From positions 1,824,001 through 1,888,000 of the forward strand of contig OZ244999.1 of the NCBI GenBank assembly GCA_965223265.1: a stretch of DNA of 64,000 bases, in the 5' to 3' direction. This stretch comes from Planctomycetota bacterium (GTDB lineage: Bacteria > Planctomycetota > UBA8108 > SXIK01). Shown piece by piece: positions 30,201-37,651 of the stretch. Position numbers and translations under genes: made by a program. Under the pieces are notes generated by a model. That model did not search any database, was not told the origin of the DNA, and saw only the letters and a program-made list of their open reading frames with translations. The number at the start of each line of letters is the position of its first letter. Positions within the stretch are counted from its first letter, which is position 1.

Positions 30201-31721
30201 GTCGAAATCATTCGCCGTCAGGGAGAGGCCGAACCGATCCGACGTCTCAGCCGCTGCCTCTATGCCGTCAGAGTTGCGGTACCACAGTTGACTGCCGGTG
30301 CCCTGGAGACCGCCGTCAGGATTGCCGTTGAGCACGTGGACAACCCCGGCGTCGATGACGCCGTCGACGTCCTCACGTGGGGCACTGACGGCGAGATCGC
30401 GAATACCGTCGCCGTTAAAGTCCGCCGCGACGAGCGCGTGACCGAACTCGTCGCCAGGCTCTGAAGCGCCTTGGACACCGGGACTCGCTTGACTCCAAGC
30501 CTGGTCTTCCTTCGAGCCTATGAGCCCGCGCGGCGAGGATCCGTAGATCACATCGACCATTCCACGAGCTTCGCTGTCGCCTGAAATTCCGACCGCTACG
30601 TCCTCGACGTTGTCACCGTCGAAATCCGCGATGGCCACTGACGATCCGTAGTAGGAGAAATCGGCACCGTTCTCCGCGCGCGAATCGGTCAGGGCCGGGT
30701 CGTCCAGGCGGATGCCAAAGTGGGCCAAGGGCCCAGCCGCGATGTCCGTTAAGTCAACTTGATCTTTGAGATGGTCGCTGAGCTGAAGCGAGGTGGGCGC
30801 CTTCGCATCGGTGCCTTGCCACGCCTGCCAGGAGACGAGCTTGGCAAGGCCGACGTCACGCACCGCCGTGACAAATCCCCGCCGACTCAACGGCGCGGCG
30901 GCGAACTGCTCAACCTGTTCGGCGACCTCAACGCTGCCGCGCAGGTCTTTCCCCGTGCTAGTGCTACTGACTTGCACGATTTCGCCGTTGGCTGTCGTCT
31001 CGATCTGCAGCGACGCCAGGAGGCCGTTTTCGGTGCGGTAGGTGAGAATCCACGTTCCGGGAACGCCGAGGTGTGTGACTTCGAGATCCCCGTCGAAAGC
31101 GTCGTCCGCCTCGAGCTCGAGGGTGAAATCGTTGACGGTGGACAAGCTTGGAGGCTGTGTCGTGACGCGGAGGAGAATCGCCCGCACGTGGGTCTCACCA
31201 TCGGTGCCGATTCCAGCGACGGGGACAAGAACGTTGTACATTGGGGTGATCAGCTGCGGCGTTCGTTCGGACGCGATCGCGTAGTCTCGGACGAGCAGAT
31301 CTGTGCTTGCGGCATCATCGAGCTGCGTGAGCTCGCCGTCCCTTCCCAGTGCGAACAGATCGAGAACGAGCGACTCGTCCTCAGATATGCGACCGAAAAG
31401 GAAGGGAGAGACAGTCGTCGGGCGACCGTGGCGGAGGGCATGCAGCCGTAAGTAGGCGCCTGCGGCCGGCGACGACTCGTCGAGAGCAACCGGTTCGAGA
31501 GCGAGTCCGGCGAGCGTCCAGCTTGTGACGACGTATTCTTCACCGGAACCGACTGCGGTGACGATGTGAGGTGCAACCGAGCCTTGAGGCATTCCCCCGA
31601 GGTGCGTAACGTCGACCTCCTCGACTTCGCCGAGGGCGGGGACGCAACAGAAACACAGGATGCTCGCCAGGAGCTGTCGAATCGGCGGCAACGGAAAACG
31701 GCGCGAGGGTGCGGAATTCAT
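27270..31721 (-). CDS. Secreted FG-GAP repeat protein with D-Ala-D-Ala carboxypeptidase (peptidase S11) domain, TSP3 repeat and dockerin
   Basis: Signal peptide; GDFNGDG..DLA.G repeats; ASVAKVMT (SxxK), SGN (SxN), KNG (KTG-like); DNCPFVAN..Q.D.DGDGIGDVCD; FLRGDCNDDGGVDIAD. Confidence 0.88.
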   Translation of the reverse strand: MNSAPSRRFPLPPIRQLLASILCFCCVPALGEVEEVDVTHLGGMPQGSVAPHIVTAVGSGEEYVVTSWTLAGLALEPVALDESSPAAGAYLRLHALRHGRPTTVSPFLFGRISEDESLVLDLFALGRDGELTQLDDAASTDLLVRDYAIASERTPQLITPMYNVLVPVAGIGTDGETHVRAILLRVTTQPPSLSTVNDFTLELEADDAFDGDLEVTHLGVPGTWILTYRTENGLLASLQIETTANGEIVQVSSTSTGKDLRGSVEVAEQVEQFAAAPLSRRGFVTAVRDVGLAKLVSWQAWQGTDAKAPTSLQLSDHLKDQVDLTDIAAGPLAHFGIRLDDPALTDSRAENGADFSYYGSSVAIADFDGDNVEDVAVGISGDSEARGMVDVIYGSSPRGLIGSKEDQAWSQASPGVQGASEPGDEFGHALVAADFNGDGIRDLAVSAPREDVDGVIDAGVVHVLNGNPDGGLQGTGSQLWYRNSDGIEAAAETSDRFGLSLTANDFDGDGFHDLAMGIPGANIGAAANAGAVQIVYGSAAGLVSAGSFLLHADVSGMAPKAENGDNYGDSLASGDFNGDGFGDLAVGMPREDIEATGATDAGAVHIVYGSAFGLSADNDRVFHQDSAGIDEVAEANDRFALSLTAGDFNGDARDDLAIGVPNERFEDLNAANVGVVHVLYGFAGGLFATNSQLWSEDELGKDPSEDSDFFGWSLTSGDFNGDGRCDLVAGSPSEPSGSGVPIGAVHVIYAAETGLAATGVQFVYAWSDNRELNAHFGRNSAAGDLNGDGIDDLVVSAPKQDLKERVDVGSIRVIYAAASGAGLRSSGTQHWFQGVRRRVRAILTDGLTESQHGVRAGEMFLEMPPGEPASVHAASVAKVMTLLLTAEALEDPALGLSLADNVEISAVAAAAGGSKMSPLLEEGDCVTLETLLYGMMRPSGNRASVAIAEHVAQAYGHEGDKKEAFVGLMNRKASLLGLSDTAYSHPAAGVVTTPQDQVTLWRSAWQYSLVRETTGPSDYSACECTDLDLAVGAVEPVKCWSLDRGFASYPGVEGWKNGLLGVTVPGFEGAPFCTNCLVMQTTRLGRTLNVALQQSDDRSGDAYRLFDYGYRKLFTPDFRAAATLNGVKVRTFALDRVTSTVAISATVDTLGQLRVSSWRTDAESGVVENLGWAERAFELNTTEGAPTHRAPRRVDLTALPTNSAEGDYVSGDVHSATGELVLRLWRLGEAIDAGACANDGGDSDADGVCDSEDNCPFVANARQEDVDGDGIGDVCDATLSQLTMSTAATDCIEYGESVTVSVKFENAPAPVQIVAAPVADWRASSLTVEARTSQLYLQGTGTATATFTVSDGAAEIDQILVRLIDPASGGTIMSQTFRASLSVPCETHLAPMFLRGDCNDDGGVDIADALCMLIWMFQGNTSPNCVASTNVNGDDGVDISDPLALLNHLFGSAPPPVAPYPACGRGEPTLDRRLGCAAPTGCR

Positions 31722-32189
31722 TGTGACTGAGACTCCCTTTGTGCTTGTGCTGTGGCCCGGATCGGCTGACGGGGCCACAAGGGAATCGGGGGGTCGGAGA
31801 TTCTTGATGGTTCATGCTTTCGGCCGCTGTTAGCGTCATTTCGGCGGCACAGGTGCGTCCCACGCCCCCAAAGCTTGGCTGCCTCGTCGAGAAGACAGGG
31901 CTTTGTCGCTCGAGGGGCGCGCTCGCCGGGGCCATGCACGCGCACGCGCCAGGCGCCCAACGTCGTAGCGAGAGCAACGTTGGAGAGATGTAGGTGTGGA
32001 GCGCGCGCTCGGTTTCTTGTCCTCGGGGGCGCATTGTCCTATCATCGGGAGTCAACGATCCGGTTGGAGGCGCACGCACGCCTCCGGCGTCGCGTCGAAC
32101 GTGAGATGTGGCGCGATCGGGCCCGCGCTGCAGCATACGGCGACTGCAGCGCGGCGGCGGTGATCTGGAACCGCTCTTGCACACGCCGC

Positions 32190-32410
32190 GAAAGGAGGTG
32201 GTCCTTGTCACAAGACTTGACGGTGATTCGCGAGGTGGTGACCTCCTGATTTGACACGAAATCTTTCGGTGTCATCCCCCTGAAGGTCGTTGGACCTCAG
32301 ATAGCCCTCGGACGGGCTATCTGCTTTCTCTGCTCAGGAGGAACCAGGCACCACCGAAGCCCCGATGGACCGTGCCATCACCGGCGGAGACCCATCGGGG
32401 CTTTTTTTTT
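32190..32410 (+). ncRNA. Candidate structured small RNA / sORF transcript (extended SD, 14-aa sORF 32205-32249, several hairpins, terminator)
   Basis: GAAAGGAGGTGGTCC at 32190-32204, TTG start 32205, ACCTCCT at 32241-32247, hairpins at 32252-32274, 32284-32297 and 32298-32323, + strand terminator 32357-32410. Both flanking genes are on the - strand. Confidence 0.55.
32357..32410 (+). terminator. Intrinsic terminator
   Basis: Stem aagccccgatgg/ccatcggggctt running into a T9 tract at 32402-32410. Confidence 0.75.
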
Positions 32411-32520
32411 GCCCTGACGATAGCGACTCTCGCCGCAGGCCACGACTCTCAGGCGTGGGGAGGCAGTCGCTCCTGACTGACGCGCAGCGCGCACGACCGA
32501 TCGCTGGGCTCGTCCTCGTC

Positions 32521-32757
32521 TTAGAATAACGTATACATAAACGATCCGAGCGGCGTGCTGTGAAGAATGATGAGTAGTCCAAGGAGAAGCAGCACGATGA
32601 CGATGGGGGCTAACCACCACCTCTTGTTGGTGATGAGAAAGTCGTAGAACTCCGCGACGATGCCTACCGACTCCGCCTCGGCCTGGCGGGCGAATTCGTC
32701 CGCGCTGGACGAAGCGTTCGGCTGTTGGTTTTGGCGGGTTGAGTCGTCCGATTTCAT
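32521..32757 (-). CDS. DUF5989 (SxtK-like) small membrane protein
   Basis: EFYDFL..NKRWWLAPI..VLLLLGLL...FMYTLF. Confidence 0.85.
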   Translation of the reverse strand: MKSDDSTRQNQQPNASSSADEFARQAEAESVGIVAEFYDFLITNKRWWLAPIVIVLLLLGLLIILHSTPLGSFMYTLF

Positions 32758-32776
32758 TTAGGTGCCAGCGGGGGTA

Positions 32777-33181
32777 TCAGAATTGCTTGAAGTATCGCGA
32801 CTTGCTTGCGGCGGCCGCGCGTGGCGTCCAATAGGAGTCTTCCCCAGTCATGCCTCTGTGCAGCGGATCTCGTCCACAGAGGCGCATCAAAAAGCCAACG
32901 GGCACGACGACGAGGTAGAACACAGAGCCAAGCAGGACCTGTGTCAGCGTCCAGCCGATGGGGAACGTCAAGTAGGTCCAGCCAAGGTAGATCGGGCGCC
33001 GTAGGGGCGGGACAAATGCAAAGAGGGGCGCCACAACCGCAGCGCTGGTCCAAGCGACCTTGCCCGCTGTCGCGTTCACCTGCCAGTAGAGCACGGCGCC
33101 AAGTGCGGCAAAGAACACGACGAAGGCGATGCCGAATAGTCGCAGCTCCCTCGGTGACGGGTTCTTGTTGATCTCGATCAT
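32777..33181 (-). CDS. SxtJ family membrane protein
   Basis: RELRLFG, P.Y.GW....PIGW, FYLVVVPVG..MR..GRDPL, SYW, Y.KQF. Confidence 0.88.
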   Translation of the reverse strand: MIEINKNPSPRELRLFGIAFVVFFAALGAVLYWQVNATAGKVAWTSAAVVAPLFAFVPPLRRPIYLGWTYLTFPIGWTLTQVLLGSVFYLVVVPVGFLMRLCGRDPLHRGMTGEDSYWTPRAAAASKSRYFKQF

Positions 33182-33193
33182 AGCAGGATTTCT

Positions 33194-35032
33194 TCAATCA
33201 AGAGAGAACTGAGCTAGATAGGCGTCCGTGTCGATGGGGGGCGCGTTTTTCTGTTCCGTTTTGAGAACAAGGCAGCGCTCCAGCACGAGGGCGTCCATGT
33301 TTGTCGCCATGAAGCAATGATAGGCCTCTTCAGGGGTGCAGACAATCGGTTCGCCGCGGACGTTGAAGCTCGTGTTGATGAGAACAGGGCAGTTTGTCCT
33401 TTTTTCGAAGCTTTTGAGAAGGCGGTAGTAGCGTCCATGCCGGCGTTTATCCACGGTCTGAACGCGTGCGGAGTAGTCGACATGCGTTGTCGCTGGGATC
33501 TCGGATCTGCTGACGTGGAGACGGTCGAACCCACTTGGCTGTTGTGTCCCGTCGACGCACTCTGTTCGTTTGGCATTGCTCACCGCTGCGACAAGGAGCA
33601 TGTATGGACTCTCGCTCGCCTCGGGTAGGTCGAAGAATTCGCCGGCACGCTCGGCAAGCACCGACGGCGCGAACGGACGAAACGACTCGCGGAATTTGAT
33701 CTTCCGGTTCATCACAGACTGCATCTTCGCGCTGCGTGCGTCACCCAAGATGCTCCGTCCCCCGAGCGCTCGCGGGCCAAACTCCATGCGCCCTTGCATC
33801 CAGCCGACGACGCTCTCGTCGGCGAGCAGCTCTGCCACGCGGTCGCAGAGGGACTCGTCGTCGTCAAAGCAGTGGTACTCCGCGCCAGCCTTGTCTAGGA
33901 AGCGCTTCACCGTGGCATCATCGAATCCGGGACCGAGATAGGATCCCTGCTGCGCGTCGCCGACTTGGAGGACTCGCGGTTGGTCGAGTAGTTGATGCCA
34001 GATGAACAGCGCAACACCAAGTGCACCGCCTGCGTCACCCGCAGCAGGTTGAATCCAGATGTCGTCCAAGTCGAGCTCGTCCAGCAGACGGCCGTTGCCA
34101 ACGCAGTTGAGTGCCACGCCGCCAGCAAGACAGAGTCGCTTCATGCCTGTCTCTGCGAGTACGTGGCGCGCCGCTCGCAGCATGATTTCTTCGGTGACTT
34201 TTTGGATCGACGCCGCGATGTCCATATCGCGCTGCGTGATCGCGGACTCCGGCTTTCGCGGCGGGCCACCGAAGAGGCGATGGAATTTGCGGCTCGTCAT
34301 CGTCAACCCTTGACAGTAGTTGAAGTATGACATGTCCATGTGCAGCGATCCGTCCGGCTTCAAGTCGATCAGCTTTTCGAGGATAAGTTCGGCGTATCTG
34401 GGTTCTCCATAGGGCGCTAGGCCCATGAGCTTGTACTCCCCTGAGTTCACCTTGAAGCCGGTGTAGGCTGTGAACGCCGAGTAGAGGAGACCTACCGAGT
34501 GGGGAAACCTGAGTTCGTGCGTCAGGTGGATACTATGCCCGCGGCCGATGCCATAGCTCGCGGTGGCCCATTCGCCGACACCGTCGAGTGTCAAAATCGC
34601 AGCCTCCTCGAACGGTGATGGAAAGAAAGCGCTCGCCGCGTGAGATTCGTGGTGCTCGGCGAAGACGTAGCGTTTCTTGAACCCACCGCCGAGCCCCTTC
34701 CTCAGTTCTCGCGGCAGATGGAGCTTTTGTTTCAACCACAGCGGCATGGCGCGGCGAAACGAGCGCCAACCGACGGGAACGAATGACAGGTAGGTCTCGA
34801 GCAGGCGCTCGAACTTTAGAAACGGTTTGTCGTAAAAACCGACGTAGTCGAGATCCTGTGCTTCCAGACCGGCTTCGCCGAGACAGTAGGAGATGGCTTC
34901 GACGGGGAATCTGTGGTCGTGTTTGGTACGCGAAAAACGCTCTTCTTGCGCCGCAGCGACGATCTCACCGTCGACGATCAGCGCCGCGGCGGAGTCGTGA
35001 TAGAACGCAGAAATACCTAGAATTGCACTCAT
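33194..35032 (-). CDS. O-carbamoyltransferase (NodU/CmcH, SxtI-like)
   Basis: ILGISAFYHDSAAAL, EHHESHAASAF, GEYKLMGLAPYG, AGGVALNC, EFGPRALG, KFRESFRPFAP, NTSFNVRGEPIV. Confidence 0.95.
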   Translation of the reverse strand: MSAILGISAFYHDSAAALIVDGEIVAAAQEERFSRTKHDHRFPVEAISYCLGEAGLEAQDLDYVGFYDKPFLKFERLLETYLSFVPVGWRSFRRAMPLWLKQKLHLPRELRKGLGGGFKKRYVFAEHHESHAASAFFPSPFEEAAILTLDGVGEWATASYGIGRGHSIHLTHELRFPHSVGLLYSAFTAYTGFKVNSGEYKLMGLAPYGEPRYAELILEKLIDLKPDGSLHMDMSYFNYCQGLTMTSRKFHRLFGGPPRKPESAITQRDMDIAASIQKVTEEIMLRAARHVLAETGMKRLCLAGGVALNCVGNGRLLDELDLDDIWIQPAAGDAGGALGVALFIWHQLLDQPRVLQVGDAQQGSYLGPGFDDATVKRFLDKAGAEYHCFDDDESLCDRVAELLADESVVGWMQGRMEFGPRALGGRSILGDARSAKMQSVMNRKIKFRESFRPFAPSVLAERAGEFFDLPEASESPYMLLVAAVSNAKRTECVDGTQQPSGFDRLHVSRSEIPATTHVDYSARVQTVDKRRHGRYYRLLKSFEKRTNCPVLINTSFNVRGEPIVCTPEEAYHCFMATNMDALVLERCLVLKTEQKNAPPIDTDAYLAQFSLD

Positions 35033-35086
35033 GTGGGAGAGGCATCTCGCAGGGTGTGATCGGCGCGAGGTCGCGGACTCGTTCCA

Positions 35087-35248
35087 ACAGCCCGTTGAAA
35101 AAGTCATTCGGCCGAGGAAACTGGTCTCTTCACGCCCAGCTCGACCGCGTCAATACTCGAAAATCCCGAAGATTGCCTGCGTTTGCCGCGGCCGATCTGG
35201 ACGCGAAGAGACCAGTTTTCGGCTCGAAGCACTTTTTCAACGGGCTGT
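35087..35248 (+). mobile_element. MITE (non-autonomous, ~160 bp, 18-bp terminal inverted repeats)
   Basis: acagcccgttgaaaaagt ... actttttcaacgggctgt; closely similar copy at 44097-44263. Confidence 0.85.
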
Positions 35249-35432
35249 CAAGCTTACTGTCGCGGCGGCGCCGGTCGCAAGCGGGCAGCTTACATGGTTC
35301 GGCGACGAGGGCGTGTCGCTGGCTCGGAGCGGCGAAAGAGCCGCTTGTGACCAGCCTTCAGCTCGGCGATGATGGCGAACGGTCCATGGTGGGCCTTCGC
35401 TCTTGATCAAACGCCTGACGAAAGGGTTTCTC

Positions 35433-36272
35433 ATGCCGCGACCGCTTCACGAATCGAGCGCCGATGGGTGCGAGGCCTGCGACGAACGTGGCGACAAGAG
35501 TTGTGTGACGCGGCGGGAATTCGCCCAGTCTGCGGCCCGGTCGATTCTCACTTTGACTCTGTTTGAGACGCTGTGCCAATACGACGCTTTCGGTGTCCGT
35601 CGAAGTGTCCTTGGCGCATCTGGGCAGACCCTCGGCATCGACTGCGTCAGGGAGCTGGACGCGATGAGCCGCGACGTGAAAGCAGATCGCATCAAGCAAA
35701 CCGAGTGGCAAAAGAAGGCGCAGGAAGTGCTGGCGCGGGTCGATTTGCGAGACCTCCTGCGTTGTGTCGACTTCGAGCAGCTACGTCGCCGTGTCAAGTT
35801 GAAGGAGCGCGGGGCGCGTAGCCTACGGTTTGAGCTTCGGGGGATCGACGAGCCGGAAAGAAAGCTCGCGTTCGGGCGACAGATTTTCGCACTCAAGAAG
35901 GGGCGGTCCGTCGTCCCACATGGCCACAACAACATGGCGACGGCGTTCTTGGTTCTCGAGGGTGAGCTGCATGGCCGGCACTATGATCGAGTCGTCGACG
36001 AAGACGCCTCTGTCTTGATTCGGCCCACCATAGACCGCAAGTTCGGCCCCGGGCAGTACTCCACGGTCTCTGACTACCGAGACAACGTCCACTGGTTCAA
36101 GGCGACGAGCGACCGAGCTTTCATCTTTAACATTCATGTCCTCGGCGTCGATCCGGACGACAACAAAGACACCAGGCGAGTCTATCTCGACCCAGCCGGG
36201 GAGAAGGTGCGCGACGGTCTCATTCGTGCGCGCCGCATCAACTATCGCGAGGCGCACGCTCTCTACGGCTGA
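35433..36272 (+). CDS. Tat-signal cupin-fold protein (thiol dioxygenase-like)
   Basis: TRREF twin-arginine motif; VVPHGHNNM..AFLVLEG and NVHWF metal-binding cupin motifs. Confidence 0.7.
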   Translation: MPRPLHESSADGCEACDERGDKSCVTRREFAQSAARSILTLTLFETLCQYDAFGVRRSVLGASGQTLGIDCVRELDAMSRDVKADRIKQTEWQKKAQEVLARVDLRDLLRCVDFEQLRRRVKLKERGARSLRFELRGIDEPERKLAFGRQIFALKKGRSVVPHGHNNMATAFLVLEGELHGRHYDRVVDEDASVLIRPTIDRKFGPGQYSTVSDYRDNVHWFKATSDRAFIFNIHVLGVDPDDNKDTRRVYLDPAGEKVRDGLIRARRINYREAHALYG

Positions 36273-36289
36273 GGGCCGCGAGTTCCGAT

Positions 36290-37342
36290 TCAGCAAGCGT
36301 TTTGCTGACGCCAGATCTCCAATTGTGGCGCCAGAGAGTCGGGGCTTGCCGTGCCGGTCGTGCCGATCTGCTGCACGGTCAACGAGGCGACGAGGTTGCC
36401 AACAACCGCTGCCTCCGGGAGCGTCGCGCCGCAGGAGAGCGCGAGCACCGTTCCGGCGGTAGCGCTGTCGCCCGCTCCCGTTGGGTCAATCTCGCCGTCG
36501 ACTCGGACACCCGGCACGCGTGTCCAATCGGGGTCGCTAACGATCATGCCGTCAGCGCCGAGGGTGACAACGATGGGGGCCTCGTTGCGTTCCCGTAGGG
36601 CGCGGGCCGCACCTTCGATGTCTGAACCTGAGACCGCCGATCCCGGCGTGGGATTCTCTTCCCCGACAACTTCGAACTCATTCGGCTTGACGATCACTCG
36701 GTGATATTCACCGATGCGTCTCCGGCTGTCGGCCCAAAAAATCACGCCCGGAGATCGTTTGGCATGGGCGATCACAGCGTCGCGGACAGCCGCTGTCATC
36801 GCGCCGCAGTCTCGCTCCTCGACTTGATCCATAACGACAAGAGCGTCGATGTTGCTGATCAGGTCTGTGAGGGAGGTGATGATCTTCTCAGCAATTTCCG
36901 GCGGAGTGGCGGTCCGATTCTTGGTGTCGTAGCGCGAATGCTCTGCCGCCAAGGTCGGGTCGCCCAGGTTACGGGGCTTGAGATAGGTCGGCGTGTGGCG
37001 CGCGGCGGCGACGTGAAGGTGGTCAGTCGAGCATCCGACGCGCGCCAGAGCCTGTCGCAGGTCGAACCCCTCGCCGTCGTCACCGCTGAAGCCGACCGCG
37101 TGCAGCGTGCCGGCACGGAGCGCTGACAGATTCGACACGACCGTTCCGGCAGCGCCCGGGCTCGTCCGAACGTTGACGACCTGGTGGCATGGCTTCCCTG
37201 TCTCGACGCTCACCTCCTCAAGCTGGGTGTCGATCTCAAGATACTTGTCGAGGAAGAAGTCCCCGACGACGGCGATGCGTCGCGTCGGGAACTGAGCCAC
37301 GAGCTGTTCGAGACGCTCGTGCGAGAGAGCCGCTGTCTTCAT
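36290..37342 (-). CDS. PfkB family carbohydrate kinase (RfaE/HldE kinase-like)
   Basis: IAVVGDFFLDKY, SPGAAGTV..NL, KPNEFE, VTLGADG, DPTGAGDSA. Confidence 0.9.
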   Translation of the reverse strand: MKTAALSHERLEQLVAQFPTRRIAVVGDFFLDKYLEIDTQLEEVSVETGKPCHQVVNVRTSPGAAGTVVSNLSALRAGTLHAVGFSGDDGEGFDLRQALARVGCSTDHLHVAAARHTPTYLKPRNLGDPTLAAEHSRYDTKNRTATPPEIAEKIITSLTDLISNIDALVVMDQVEERDCGAMTAAVRDAVIAHAKRSPGVIFWADSRRRIGEYHRVIVKPNEFEVVGEENPTPGSAVSGSDIEGAARALRERNEAPIVVTLGADGMIVSDPDWTRVPGVRVDGEIDPTGAGDSATAGTVLALSCGATLPEAAVVGNLVASLTVQQIGTTGTASPDSLAPQLEIWRQQNAC

Positions 37343-37512
37343 CAGTGCTAGAGTCCCAGATTGGCTTTCGGTTGTGGTTCGTCGAGGGGGTTTCTTGTCG
37401 CCGAGGACGCGGCCGATTTCAAGCACCTGCCCTCTCCGAAGATCGTCTTCGCACCATGGGCCTGAGGCCCTAAGTCATTACTAAAGAATTGGTTACAATC
37501 CAACCGCAGCTT

Positions 37513-37534
37513 CTTAACATATTCTTCACAAATT
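37513..37534 (+). promoter_or_regulatory. Pho-box-like 11-bp direct repeat
   Basis: cttaacatatt-cttcacaaatt in an AT-rich tract upstream of the Na/Pi cotransporter. Confidence 0.5.
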
Positions 37535-37651
37535 ACCTTTGCCCAGCGGAGGGGTTTTTGTAAGCTCGCGTCGACTGCCGTCGACTCAGGGTAGCGCGTG
37601 TTCGACACCTGTACCGCGGCGGGATCGAATGACCCCCGGAGGTACGGGTTC

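Noticed and set aside
32190-32204. 16S rRNA gene 3' end on the - strand
   Set aside because: Similarity is limited to 15 nt; the adjacent sequence does not resemble 16S rRNA.
32330-32460. Glycine riboswitch (CACCGAAG and ACTCTCAGG words)
   Set aside because: The words are separated by a terminator, the conserved GGAGA and GCAA context is missing, and there is no downstream + strand gene.
32521-35032. Saxitoxin biosynthesis
   Set aside because: Only widespread sxtI/J/K-like genes are present; no sxtA, sxtG or other core genes.
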